A stretch of 24,000 nt of DNA from Atopobiaceae bacterium (GCA_017941705.1 JAGAVX010000102.1:7286-31285); one strand, 5' to 3'; positions 1-9,741 are shown, counted from the first letter of the stretch. The notes: generated from the sequence alone by a model not told the origin. Translations and numbers: made by a program.

Positions 1-1250
1 TCACCAAGTTCTCGAGGGTGGTCGTCGCGCTGGCCGACCAGATTGCCGCGATATCGGCGATGGGCGTTCACATGGATCCCACGCTGCTCGTGATGCCGCT
101 GGGAATCTCCTACTACACTTTCTCCACCATCGGCTACCTGCTGGACGTCTACTGGAAGCGCTATCCCTGCGAGGAGAGCTTCCCGCGGTTCTTCCTCTAC
201 ACGATCTACTTCCCACACATCCTGCAGGGCCCGATCTCGCGCTACAACCGCCTGGGCGCCTCGCTCAAGGAGGGCATGTCATTTAGCGAGGAGAACATCA
301 CGCATGGTGCCGAGCGCATCATTTGGGGCTTCTTCAAGAAGCTGGTCATCGCCGACCGACTGAACCTCATGGTTTCGACGGTCTATGATGGCAAGCCTCA
401 CGCGGGGAGCATCTTCTTGGTCACGATGCTCCTCGACGCGCTCATGATCTACACCGACTTCTCGGGCTACATGGAGATCGTCTGCGGTGCCTCGCAGCTG
501 TTTGGCGTAGAGCTCGAGGAGAACTTCAACCATCCGTTCTTCTCGCGTACGGTCGCCGAGTTCTGGCGCCGTTGGCACATGACGCTCGGCGGCTGGTTCA
601 AGGACTACGTCTATTACCCCATCTCGGTGTCGAGCTGGATGAAGAAGCTCAACCGCAAGAACGCCAAGCGCCTGTCAAAGCGTGCGAGCCGTGTCATCAG
701 CGTGGCGATTCCGTGCCTCTGCACCTGGTTCCTCACGGGCCTTTGGCATGGAACTGGCCCCAACTACGTGTGCTGGGGCATCTACTACGGCGTGCTCATC
801 ACCATCTCGAACGCCTTCCAGGAGGAATTCAAGGCCTTCGACGAGCGCTGGGGAATCAATACCGAGTCGCGCTCGTGGCGCCTGCTGCAGATGGTCCGCA
901 CGTTCTGCATCTTCATGGGTGGACGTGTGCTGACGAGCCCGGGCAACCTTGCCAACACGGCGATGGTGTTCGACAACATCTTCCACAACCTCCAGCCGTG
1001 GCAGTGGTTCGACGGAAGCCTGTGGACCTACGGTCTCAAACGGCCGGATGGCAACGTGCTTATCCTTGGCTTGCTGCTGGTGCTGGTCGTCAGCTTCCTG
1101 CAGGAACGCACGCACGTTCGCGAGGAGATCGACCGTCGCGGCGTGGTTCTGCGCTGGATCCTCATGTATGCGGGCATCATCGCGGTCATCGTCTTTGGCG
1201 TGTACGGTGCCGGCTATGACGCCGCAAAGTTCATCTACATGCAGTACTAG
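1..1250 (+). CDS. MBOAT-family membrane-bound O-acyltransferase (AlgI/DltB/PatA-like), 5'-truncated by the window edge
   Basis: The frame is open from the window edge (TKFSRVVVALADQ precedes the first Met at 18). The protein is polytopic and hydrophobic. It carries the MBOAT blocks FWRRWHMTLGGWFKDYVYYP (His codon 576-578) and LTGLWHGTG, and codon position 3 is strongly G/C. Confidence 0.85.
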   Translation, partial: TKFSRVVVALADQIAAISAMGVHMDPTLLVMPLGISYYTFSTIGYLLDVYWKRYPCEESFPRFFLYTIYFPHILQGPISRYNRLGASLKEGMSFSEENITHGAERIIWGFFKKLVIADRLNLMVSTVYDGKPHAGSIFLVTMLLDALMIYTDFSGYMEIVCGASQLFGVELEENFNHPFFSRTVAEFWRRWHMTLGGWFKDYVYYPISVSSWMKKLNRKNAKRLSKRASRVISVAIPCLCTWFLTGLWHGTGPNYVCWGIYYGVLITISNAFQEEFKAFDERWGINTESRSWRLLQMVRTFCIFMGGRVLTSPGNLANTAMVFDNIFHNLQPWQWFDGSLWTYGLKRPDGNVLILGLLLVLVVSFLQERTHVREEIDRRGVVLRWILMYAGIIAVIVFGVYGAGYDAAKFIYMQY

Positions 1251-1260
1251 GTAGGCTTTT

Positions 1261-2043
1261 GTGGCTGTCTTCGCAACAGGTCAAGGTGAGGCGCTGCTCA
1301 TGCTGCATGGCATCATGAGCGGCGCCTCGTTCTTTGACGAGGCGGCCGAAGCGCTCTCGAACGACTATCGCGTGATTACATACGACCGTCGTGGCTATGG
1401 TGGGGAACCGGCGCCTGCCGACGGTGACTATACGGTGTCGACGCAGGCGGAGGATGCCGCAGCGGTCCTCGCATCGCAGGCCACAGGCCCGGCGTGGGTC
1501 TTTGGCAACAGTGCCGGTGGGCTGATTGCCGTCGAACTATGCCTCAGGCACCCTGAGCTGGTGCGGGGCCTGGTCCTGTTGGAGCCGTCGCTTGTGGTTG
1601 ACGATGAGTCTCGGCAGGAGATAGCCGCGTGGAACGCGGAGCTTAACGGCTATCTTGCCAGCAACCGCATAAAGCGAGCCCTTCCTGCGTTTGCGCGGGT
1701 GGTGGGGGACCCGAGCGGGGGCAAGGGCGCCACGTCGCTTGCCCAGATGCGCGCGGCCTATGCCAACCTCGACAACTTCATGCATGGGGAGCTCAACGAG
1801 GTGCAGCGATATGCGCCTTCCCCGAGCGTGCTTGCGACCATTGACGTACCGGTATGCGTGCTCGTCACGACGGAGGGAAGGGCTGGCATGTTTGGCCGCA
1901 CCTCCGAGAGTGGCGCTCGGGCGTTGGGGTGGCCGGTGGCCTTTGTGGAGGGCTATCACAATGCCGCTCGCGACAATGCTCGGGCATTTGCCAAGACGCT
2001 GCGCGATGTGTTGGGCGACATGTCGCGAGGCGGGCACGCATAG
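1261..2043 (+). CDS. alpha/beta-fold hydrolase (260 aa), apparently cytoplasmic
   Basis: GTG start lies 10 nt after the MBOAT stop, with GGTAGG 5 nt upstream. Motifs include LMLHG (oxyanion-hole type), the GNSAGG nucleophile elbow (G-x-S-x-G) and a C-terminal His in GYHNAA. No signal peptide or TM segment is evident. Confidence 0.7.
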   Translation: MAVFATGQGEALLMLHGIMSGASFFDEAAEALSNDYRVITYDRRGYGGEPAPADGDYTVSTQAEDAAAVLASQATGPAWVFGNSAGGLIAVELCLRHPELVRGLVLLEPSLVVDDESRQEIAAWNAELNGYLASNRIKRALPAFARVVGDPSGGKGATSLAQMRAAYANLDNFMHGELNEVQRYAPSPSVLATIDVPVCVLVTTEGRAGMFGRTSESGARALGWPVAFVEGYHNAARDNARAFAKTLRDVLGDMSRGGHA

Positions 2044-2155
2044 CATCGTTCCAAGGTGTATTCAAATATATGTTGAACGCGTATGCGCCCTTGCACGTTT
2101 TAAGGATATCCGCGGCTCGTGGGTTACGATACAGTAACCCGACCGGGAGGTTCAT

Positions 2156-4621
2156 ATGGCTCGATATAACGCGTTAGCCCCAAAACTCGCGCTTGCTAGT
2201 GCCACCTTGGCTCTCGTAACCGCATTGTGCCCCACGGCTGTGATTGCAGAAGAGCTTGTCGCCGACGAGCTCGTGGCCAACGGGCCCGTACAGGAGCAGG
2301 TGGCGGAGGAGACGGCTCCCCAAGTGGAAGGCGAGGCACTGCCCGAGGCATCGGTCGATGCGAACGCCAGTGACACCGTTGACGAGGCGTTGGCTGCCGA
2401 CACCGCTGCGCAGGAGGTGACCGAGGTCGCCGACGAGGAGGACTCGGAGGCCACTGCGGATGTCGAGGAGGCGCTCGTGGCGGATGCCGCCGAGGGCGAT
2501 GAGCTGGCCGATGAGGCCGCACAATCCGAGACGGAAGTCGGCGACGCAGGCAACGCTACCCCTGCGCCCGAGAGCGGCGCTATGGAGCAGTCCACTGCCG
2601 CGGCGGACGAGCCTCTGCAGGAGGAGGCTGCGCAGCTGGAGCCGCAGGCGACTAACAAGTGGGCCTCGGGCAAATGGAACGTGCGCAAGATCAATGGCGT
2701 GTACTACCGGTTCTGGATCTCTCAGGACGGAGAGGCCTATAAGAATGGCCTTGTCCTGCCCGAGTGGGGAACCGGGAGCAACAAGGCAGGCTACTACGCA
2801 TGGGCTAAGCCCGACGGCACCATCGTGACGGGCACAGTGCCCTATACCGATGGGACCTATATATGGCTTGCCGATAACGACGGTCGCCTCATGAACGTCG
2901 GTTGGAACGTCACCTCGTTCTACACCGGCGACCTCCAACGCTATTACATCGTCGACGAGGGTAAGCATGCCGCCAAGATCGGCCTTGACACCGGGAATGG
3001 CTCTGGCAACTGGGCCCACTACACCCTCAAGGAAGGCTATGTGCTCCGCGGCAAGTACAAGCAGAGCTCCTCGGTGACCTATGTGGCTGACAACGATGGC
3101 AAGCTGCCGACGACCAAGGGTTGGTCCGTTACTGGCATATATGACGGCCAGCTGCAGCGTTACTACTTTGCCGACTACGCTGCAAAGACCGGCACGTTCG
3201 TCGTCGACGGCGCTCACTATCTTGGCGTGGAAGGCGCGGGGTATGTCCTGCGTGGCTATGATACCGATCATCTGGCCTATGCCGACAACGACGGAAAGCT
3301 GACGACCAACGGATGGATGGTAACGGACCGTTTTGGGCATGGCCTGCAGCGCTACTGGCTTGGCTCCGATGGTTTTGCGCTCCGCAGTGCGGTGGTTAAT
3401 GCCAAGCAGGCCGGCTATTACGCCTACGCGCGTCCCGAGGGATATGTGGTGCGTGGCAAGTACGTCGTTGGCAACAACATCTACATCGCGAACAACGACG
3501 GCAGGCTGGCCTCTGATGGCTGGGTGGTTTCCAGCGCGTACGGCGATGGGCTGCAGCGCTACTACATCAACGCAAAGACCCATTCGGCCGTGGTGGGCTA
3601 TTCCACCGATGGCTACGCGCACTACACGCTGCCGCAGGGCTATGTCCTGCGCGGGGCCTACCAGAAGGGCGACTGGGTGTATCTGGCGGACAACGATGGC
3701 CGTGCCCCCACGCTGACGACGGCGGGCTGGCTCGTGTCCGACAAGTACCATGGCTCTGGCCTGCAGCGCTACTACCTGCAGAAGGCCTCGGACGGCGCAT
3801 GGGCCGCAAAGGTGGGCTACTCTTCTGACGGCTATGCGCACTACACGCTGCCGCAGGGCTATGTCCTGCGCGGGGCCTACCAGAAGGGCGACTGGGTGTA
3901 TCTGGCCGACAACGATGGCCGCACGCCTTCGCTCTCCAAGGCCGGCTGGCAGGTAACCGACAGGTACGGCTCTGGTTTTCAGCGCTACTACCTGCAGAAG
4001 GCCTCGGACGGCGCATGGGCTGCCAAGGTCGGCTACTCGGAAAGTGGCGGCTATGCGCACTACACGCTGGAGAAGGTAGGCTATGTCCTTCGCAACGGCG
4101 AGATCAACGTCGAGGGCAAGGGCTGGCTGTTTGCGGACAACGACGGCAAGCTCGAGAAGGCAAAGAGCGGCGTGGCCGCAATCATCGAGAAGTATCTCGG
4201 CTGGGCGATCAACATCGCCAATGACAACAGCCACGGATATAGCCAGATCGATCGCTGGGGGCCGGACTACGATTGCTCGTCGCTTGTGCTGTCTGCTCTC
4301 GAGTACGCCGGACTTGACATCGGGTACGCGTCCTACACGGGCAACATGATTTCCGAGCTTGTCCCACGCGGCTGGACCCAGATTTCCTACAACGGGATTC
4401 CTGCTTCGCTCGTTCGCGGAGACATTTTGCTGGCTCACAACCAAGACACTCAACATGTCGAGTTCTACCTCGGCGGAAACATGCGCATTGGCGCCCACAA
4501 GGACGAAAATGGTGGAATTGGCTATGGCGCCCGGGCGGGTGACCAGACTGGCGAGGAGATATGCACGCGCACTGATGTGGGAAACTGGTTCACTTGGGTG
4601 CTGCGGCTCGCACGCGCGTAG
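2156..4621 (+). CDS. secreted cell-wall-associated repeat protein with a C-terminal NlpC/P60-superfamily (papain-like Cys/His) peptidoglycan hydrolase/amidase domain (821 aa)
   Basis: GGGAGG RBS precedes the ATG. The N-terminal signal peptide is MARYNALAPKLALASATLALVTALCPTAVIA. An acidic E/D/A-rich spacer covers aa ~31-165 (nt ~2246-2650). About 7 repeats of ~72 aa follow, of the form GW-x-V...LQRYY...YAHYTL-x-GYVLRG-x-Y...ADNDG+L. The C-terminal 149 aa (nt 4172-4618) carry GYSQIDRWGPDYDCSSLV (Cys codon 4274-4276), QHVEFYLG (His codon 4454-4456) and AGDQTGEE. Confidence 0.75.
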   Translation: MARYNALAPKLALASATLALVTALCPTAVIAEELVADELVANGPVQEQVAEETAPQVEGEALPEASVDANASDTVDEALAADTAAQEVTEVADEEDSEATADVEEALVADAAEGDELADEAAQSETEVGDAGNATPAPESGAMEQSTAAADEPLQEEAAQLEPQATNKWASGKWNVRKINGVYYRFWISQDGEAYKNGLVLPEWGTGSNKAGYYAWAKPDGTIVTGTVPYTDGTYIWLADNDGRLMNVGWNVTSFYTGDLQRYYIVDEGKHAAKIGLDTGNGSGNWAHYTLKEGYVLRGKYKQSSSVTYVADNDGKLPTTKGWSVTGIYDGQLQRYYFADYAAKTGTFVVDGAHYLGVEGAGYVLRGYDTDHLAYADNDGKLTTNGWMVTDRFGHGLQRYWLGSDGFALRSAVVNAKQAGYYAYARPEGYVVRGKYVVGNNIYIANNDGRLASDGWVVSSAYGDGLQRYYINAKTHSAVVGYSTDGYAHYTLPQGYVLRGAYQKGDWVYLADNDGRAPTLTTAGWLVSDKYHGSGLQRYYLQKASDGAWAAKVGYSSDGYAHYTLPQGYVLRGAYQKGDWVYLADNDGRTPSLSKAGWQVTDRYGSGFQRYYLQKASDGAWAAKVGYSESGGYAHYTLEKVGYVLRNGEINVEGKGWLFADNDGKLEKAKSGVAAIIEKYLGWAINIANDNSHGYSQIDRWGPDYDCSSLVLSALEYAGLDIGYASYTGNMISELVPRGWTQISYNGIPASLVRGDILLAHNQDTQHVEFYLGGNMRIGAHKDENGGIGYGARAGDQTGEEICTRTDVGNWFTWVLRLARA
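2657..4171 (+). repeat. array of ~72-aa (216-219 bp) cell-wall-binding-type coding repeats inside the hydrolase gene; the last two full copies (3611-3829, 3830-4048) are near-identical at DNA level in patches
   Basis: The L/FQRYY(W) motif recurs 6 times, plus degenerate first and last units. By eye, 3611-3702 versus 3830-3921 differ at 2 of ~92 nt. The 3' ~60 nt of each copy (CAGCGCTACTACCTGCAGAAGGCCTCGGACGGCGCATGGGC...) are also nearly identical. Confidence 0.8.
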
Positions 4622-4653
4622 GCATAGCTGAATCGTAAGGCGAGGATATCGTA

Positions 4654-4685
4654 GGGGGTTCGTCGGGCACATGTGACGAACCCCC
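4654..4685 (+). terminator. putative intrinsic terminator after the hydrolase gene
   Basis: An 11-bp GC-rich stem GGGGGTTCGTC (4654-4664) pairs with GACGAACCCCC (4675-4685) around a 10-nt loop. The downstream T tract is weak (CTTGTG). Confidence 0.45.
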
Positions 4686-4832
4686 CTTGTGCGGCTCGGG
4701 GCAATTTGCGGCGCTGACCCACTGTTATGTAATGGCGGCGAAACTGATGCGGACGGGAGCCGTATCGTGGCTGCTTGTGCTATCGTTCACAAGGTATCTT
4801 GACGCTAAGTATGGAAACATGTCCAGACCTGT

Positions 4833-5696
4833 TTGTCGTGCAATTTGGAGTGCGTTTTGAAGGAAATCGAAACAGTGGCTGCCGATGAGGAGCTGCGCAA
4901 GAGCTATGCAGACGAGGTCTGGTCGCCTGATTCCCAGCGCGATCGGAGCATCCTGTACGAGCTCGTGTCAAAGGACTTCAAGCTCAAGTATCGCCGCAGC
5001 GCTCTTGGTGTGGCTTGGAGCGTACTAAACCCGCTGCTCATGATGTCGGTCATGGCTGCGGTCTTCTCGCACATGATGCGCTTCTCGTCTGACGCGATTC
5101 CCAACTACCCGCTGTACATCATCTTGGGCAATATCACCTTCAGCCTGATGAGCGAGGCGACCAGCTCGGGAATGGGCTCGATTATCAATGCCGCGTCGCT
5201 GCTCAAGAAGGTGCGCGTCAACCGTTGGGTCTTTCCGGTCGAGAAGGTGCTGTTCGCCGTCATCAACTTTGCGCTGTCCCTTCTCGCCGTTGCGATCGTC
5301 ATGATCGTGTTCCGCATTGCGCCTACGTGGCACGTCATCATGCTGCCGCTGTTCCTCGTGTACATTACGGTGTTCTGCGTAGGCCTCTCACTGTTCTTGG
5401 CCACCGCCTCGGTCTTCTTCCGTGACGTGATGCACCTTTGGGGCGTCTTCCTTACCGCGTGGACTTACGCGACGCCTCTCTTCTACCCGCAGGAGATCCT
5501 TCCCGAGTGGATGCTCAAGCTTGAGACGTTCAATCCCATGTACCACTACGTCAACTACATCCGCAACTTGCTGTTGTACCAGGTCACCCCTTCGCTCAAG
5601 CTCAACCTTGCCTGCGCGGGCTTTGCGGTCCTGTCGCTGTTGGTGGGATGGGTCGTCTTCCGTCGCAACGAACGCAAGTTCATCCTGTTTATCTAG
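4833..5696 (+). CDS. ABC-2-type polysaccharide/teichoic-acid exporter permease (TagG/Wzm-like)
   Basis: Carries the family N-terminal block DFKLKYRRSALGVAWSVLNPLLMM, followed by ~6 hydrophobic segments. It lies directly upstream of the matching ATPase. The start is uncertain: TTG at 4833 is the ORF-track start, while GTG at 4875 preceded by GAAGGA would give a typical 273-aa protein. Confidence 0.8.
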   Translation: MSCNLECVLKEIETVAADEELRKSYADEVWSPDSQRDRSILYELVSKDFKLKYRRSALGVAWSVLNPLLMMSVMAAVFSHMMRFSSDAIPNYPLYIILGNITFSLMSEATSSGMGSIINAASLLKKVRVNRWVFPVEKVLFAVINFALSLLAVAIVMIVFRIAPTWHVIMLPLFLVYITVFCVGLSLFLATASVFFRDVMHLWGVFLTAWTYATPLFYPQEILPEWMLKLETFNPMYHYVNYIRNLLLYQVTPSLKLNLACAGFAVLSLLVGWVVFRRNERKFILFI

Positions 5697-5707
5697 GGGG
5701 TCTAACG

Positions 5708-6805
5708 ATGGCAGAAACAGAACCCCGCAATCAGGGCGACATGAGCACCCGCTCTTGGTGGATAGATGCCGAGCTCACACGCGATGTGATCAAGGACACC
5801 GAGTTCACGCGTCTGGACGTGACCCCCACGCTGATCAACCCCAGCAAGCTGAAGTACGTCTATCGCTACGAGAACAGCGATGGCACCTTGCAGGGCGAGA
5901 CGCCGACGCAGAACGATCCGGTCTTTCTCTTCATTCCACCAGATGCAGGCACCTATACGATCACGGCTGTCGCCACGGCGGTGGATGGCGAGGAGGACTA
6001 TGCCTCAGTTACGTTGAGGGTCGAGAGCAGCGAGCCCTTCACTCGTCCGGCGCTTCCCGATGACGACGCTCCGACCATCATCAAGGTCGATGACGTGTCG
6101 ATGGTGTTTAACATCGCCTCCGAGCGCTTCAACTCGCTCAAGGAGTACTTCATTGCGATGCTGAGCCACGAGCTTCGCTTTAAGGAATTCCGCGCGCTCG
6201 ATCACATCAGCTTCGAGGTCAAGCGTGGCGAGGCCTTTGGCTTGGTGGGGACCAACGGCTCTGGTAAGTCGACCATGCTCAAGATTATCGCCGGCGTACT
6301 CGACGCAACTGAGGGCAGCTGTCAGGTGGTTGGCAGCATCGCCCCGCTGATTGAGCTTGGTGCCGGCTTTGACGCCGAGCTGACCGCTGCCGAGAACATC
6401 TACCTCAACGGTGCGCTCCTCGGCTACAAGCGAGAGTTCATCGAAGAGCACTTTGATGACATCGTCGAGTTCGCCGAGCTCGAGGGCTTCATGGACATGC
6501 CGCTCAAGAACTATTCCAGTGGTATGGTGGCTCGAATCGCCTTTGCCATCGCGACTGTCGCCGAGCCTGACGTGCTCATCGTCGACGAGACACTTTCGGT
6601 CGGTGACTTCCTGTTCCAAAAGAAGTGCCAGCGCCGCATCAAGCAGCTTGTCGAAAACGACAATGTCACAGTGCTGCTGGTCAGCCACAGCATTGATTTG
6701 GTTGAACACCTGTGTGATCGCGTGTGCTGGATCGAGAAGGGCGAGATGAGGATGCTCGGCCCCACCGAAGAGGTCTGCAACGCCTACAAGAGTCTGGAGA
6801 AGTAA
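5708..6805 (+). CDS. polysaccharide/teichoic-acid ABC exporter ATP-binding protein (TagH/Wzt-like) with a ~120-aa N-terminal extension
   Basis: ATG 5708 follows a GGGGG RBS 8 nt upstream and lies 12 nt after the permease stop. Motifs: Walker A GTNGSGKST, signature YSSGMVARIAFA, Walker B VLIVDETLSVGD, H-loop LVSHS. The nucleotide-binding domain starts near IIKVDDVSMVFNI (nt ~6074). Confidence 0.85.
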   Translation: MAETEPRNQGDMSTRSWWIDAELTRDVIKDTEFTRLDVTPTLINPSKLKYVYRYENSDGTLQGETPTQNDPVFLFIPPDAGTYTITAVATAVDGEEDYASVTLRVESSEPFTRPALPDDDAPTIIKVDDVSMVFNIASERFNSLKEYFIAMLSHELRFKEFRALDHISFEVKRGEAFGLVGTNGSGKSTMLKIIAGVLDATEGSCQVVGSIAPLIELGAGFDAELTAAENIYLNGALLGYKREFIEEHFDDIVEFAELEGFMDMPLKNYSSGMVARIAFAIATVAEPDVLIVDETLSVGDFLFQKKCQRRIKQLVENDNVTVLLVSHSIDLVEHLCDRVCWIEKGEMRMLGPTEEVCNAYKSLEK

Positions 6806-6808
6806 GCC

Positions 6809-7930
6809 ATGCCCGATATCGACGTTTCAGTCATCATCCCGTGCTATAACACGGAGAAGTACCTCGACCAGGCGCTTTCCTCTGCCGAGCAGAACGATCG
6901 CATAAACCTCGAGATCATCGTGCTCAACGATGGCTCGACCGATGGGTCGCTTGAGATCATGCGGGCTCACGAGGCTGCCGACCCGCGCGTGCGCGTGATC
7001 GACAAGGAGAACCAGGGCTATGGTGCCTCGGTCAACCGTGGTATCGCAGAGTCACGAGGCACCTATATCGGTATCCTCGAGCCTGATGACTGGGTAAAGC
7101 CGCACATGTATGACGACCTGTTTGAGTACGGCGCGCAGTTTGATCCCGCTCCGGACATCATCAAGAGTCCATACACGCGCGTGGTGCTTCCCGAGACGCC
7201 CGACCAGTATCTCTGCAACTGCTCGTACTACAAGCGTATCGATCCGGGCTTCCAGCCCTTCCGCCTGTCGGATGCGCCGCATCTGATTCAGCACCATCCG
7301 TCCATCTGGTCGGCTCTGTACCGTAAGGGCTTCCTCGAGGAGAAGAACATCCACTTCATGGAGGTCCCGGGTGCTGGATGGGTCGACAACCCCTTCTTGA
7401 TCGAGACGCTGTGCCAGGCCGATCGTATCGTGTACAAGGAGCAGCCGTACTACTGCTATCGCGAGGACCTGCCCGGTTCGTCGTCTGTGTTGCGTAGGGC
7501 TCGCCTCAGCTTTGATCGCTGGGACCAGATGGCCGACATCATCGAGAACCTTGGGATTACCGATGACGGCATCCTCAAGGCCTTCTATGTCATTGGCTTC
7601 AGGTATGTGGGTGGCGGTTTTGCCGACTTTGGCGATGACAATCCCGATATCGCCGCATGGGCTGGCGACATGTTCCGCCGTATGGATCCCGAGCGCGTCG
7701 TGCGCATCGACAACCTCTCGGGCCACATGAAGAACCTCTACTTCAAGTTGAGCGGTTACGATCCCATCCCGTATAGCAGGATGGGATACTACCGCGAGCT
7801 GGTGAAGGAGTTCATCTACTCCACAAGCACCAATGGCATTGGCTTTGGCCTCGGACGCATCAACCTCTATATCCGGCAGAAGGCCACGGAGCAGGGGATT
7901 CTAAAGCAAAAGCTGAACATACAGGAGTAG
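6809..7930 (+). CDS. family 2 glycosyltransferase (373 aa)
   Basis: ATG lies 3 nt after the ATPase stop. GT-A/GT2 blocks are present: VSVIIPCYNTEKYL, LNDGSTDGS, NQGYGASVNRG and EPDDW (DxD-type). Confidence 0.85.
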   Translation: MPDIDVSVIIPCYNTEKYLDQALSSAEQNDRINLEIIVLNDGSTDGSLEIMRAHEAADPRVRVIDKENQGYGASVNRGIAESRGTYIGILEPDDWVKPHMYDDLFEYGAQFDPAPDIIKSPYTRVVLPETPDQYLCNCSYYKRIDPGFQPFRLSDAPHLIQHHPSIWSALYRKGFLEEKNIHFMEVPGAGWVDNPFLIETLCQADRIVYKEQPYYCYREDLPGSSSVLRRARLSFDRWDQMADIIENLGITDDGILKAFYVIGFRYVGGGFADFGDDNPDIAAWAGDMFRRMDPERVVRIDNLSGHMKNLYFKLSGYDPIPYSRMGYYRELVKEFIYSTSTNGIGFGLGRINLYIRQKATEQGILKQKLNIQE

Positions 7931-7937
7931 CAAGCGG

Positions 7938-7964
7938 TGCGCCACGGGATTGCCCCGTGGCGCA
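7938..7964 (+). terminator. putative intrinsic terminator after the GT2 gene
   Basis: An 11-bp stem TGCGCCACGGG (7938-7948) pairs with CCCGTGGCGCA (7954-7964) around a 5-nt loop, followed by TTTCATGTGTT. Confidence 0.5.
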
Positions 7965-8044
7965 TTTCATGTGTTGGGGACGTCCTCAACCACGATTGAC
8001 ATTTTGGTTCTTTCCGACCGATGGTCGAATCCACTCTGGCCCGC

Positions 8045-9573
<1,529 letters not shown>

Positions 9574-9620
9574 AGCTAGGCATATACCTGGTGCTGGCAG
9601 CTGACGGCATCGAACAGGCG

Positions 9621-9663
9621 AAGGGGCAGCCTCATCGCATACGCATGCGACGGGCTGCCCCTT
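9621..9663 (+). terminator. putative intrinsic terminator after the GH1 gene
   Basis: AAGGGGCAGCC (9621-9631) pairs with GGCTGCCCCTT (9653-9663). An inner stem TCGCAT/ATGCGA (9635-9650) sits inside the loop, and TCGTATG follows. Confidence 0.5.
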
Positions 9664-9708
9664 TCGTATGCCCACTTTGCTCGGCTACGTGCGCTCATGT
9701 AAAAACGC

Positions 9709-9714
9709 TATAGT
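9709..9714 (+). promoter_or_regulatory. candidate -10 element (TATAGT) for the DUF1295-like gene
   Basis: CGCTATAGTGTTTGATG lies ~28 nt upstream of ATG 9742. The same 13-mer CGCTATAGTGTTT recurs at 21504-21516, and TATAGTATTTGATG occurs at 22861-22874. All three sit just upstream of genes. Confidence 0.3.
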
Positions 9715-9741
9715 GTTTGATGTTTTGTCGATTACGGGAGC

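Noticed and set aside
2174-4672. 832-aa ORF on the minus strand spanning the whole hydrolase gene
   Set aside because: It is an antisense shadow ORF typical of GC-rich DNA. The translation is R/G/A/V/L-rich with no recognisable motif, signal or RBS. The plus strand encodes a protein with a signal peptide, ordered repeats and a catalytic domain.
5648-5707. Alternative ATG 5648 start for the ABC ATPase, overlapping the permease gene by 49 nt
   Set aside because: It has no RBS and the added peptide (MGRLPSQRTQVHPVYLGGLT) looks like out-of-frame permease sequence. ATG 5708 follows a G-rich RBS just after the permease stop.
8023-8032. GGTCGAATCC, resembling a tRNA T-loop (GGTTCGAATCC), as a possible tRNA or att-site remnant
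   Set aside because: The flanking bases do not form a T-stem or acceptor stem, no cloverleaf can be drawn, and no integrase or direct repeat lies nearby.
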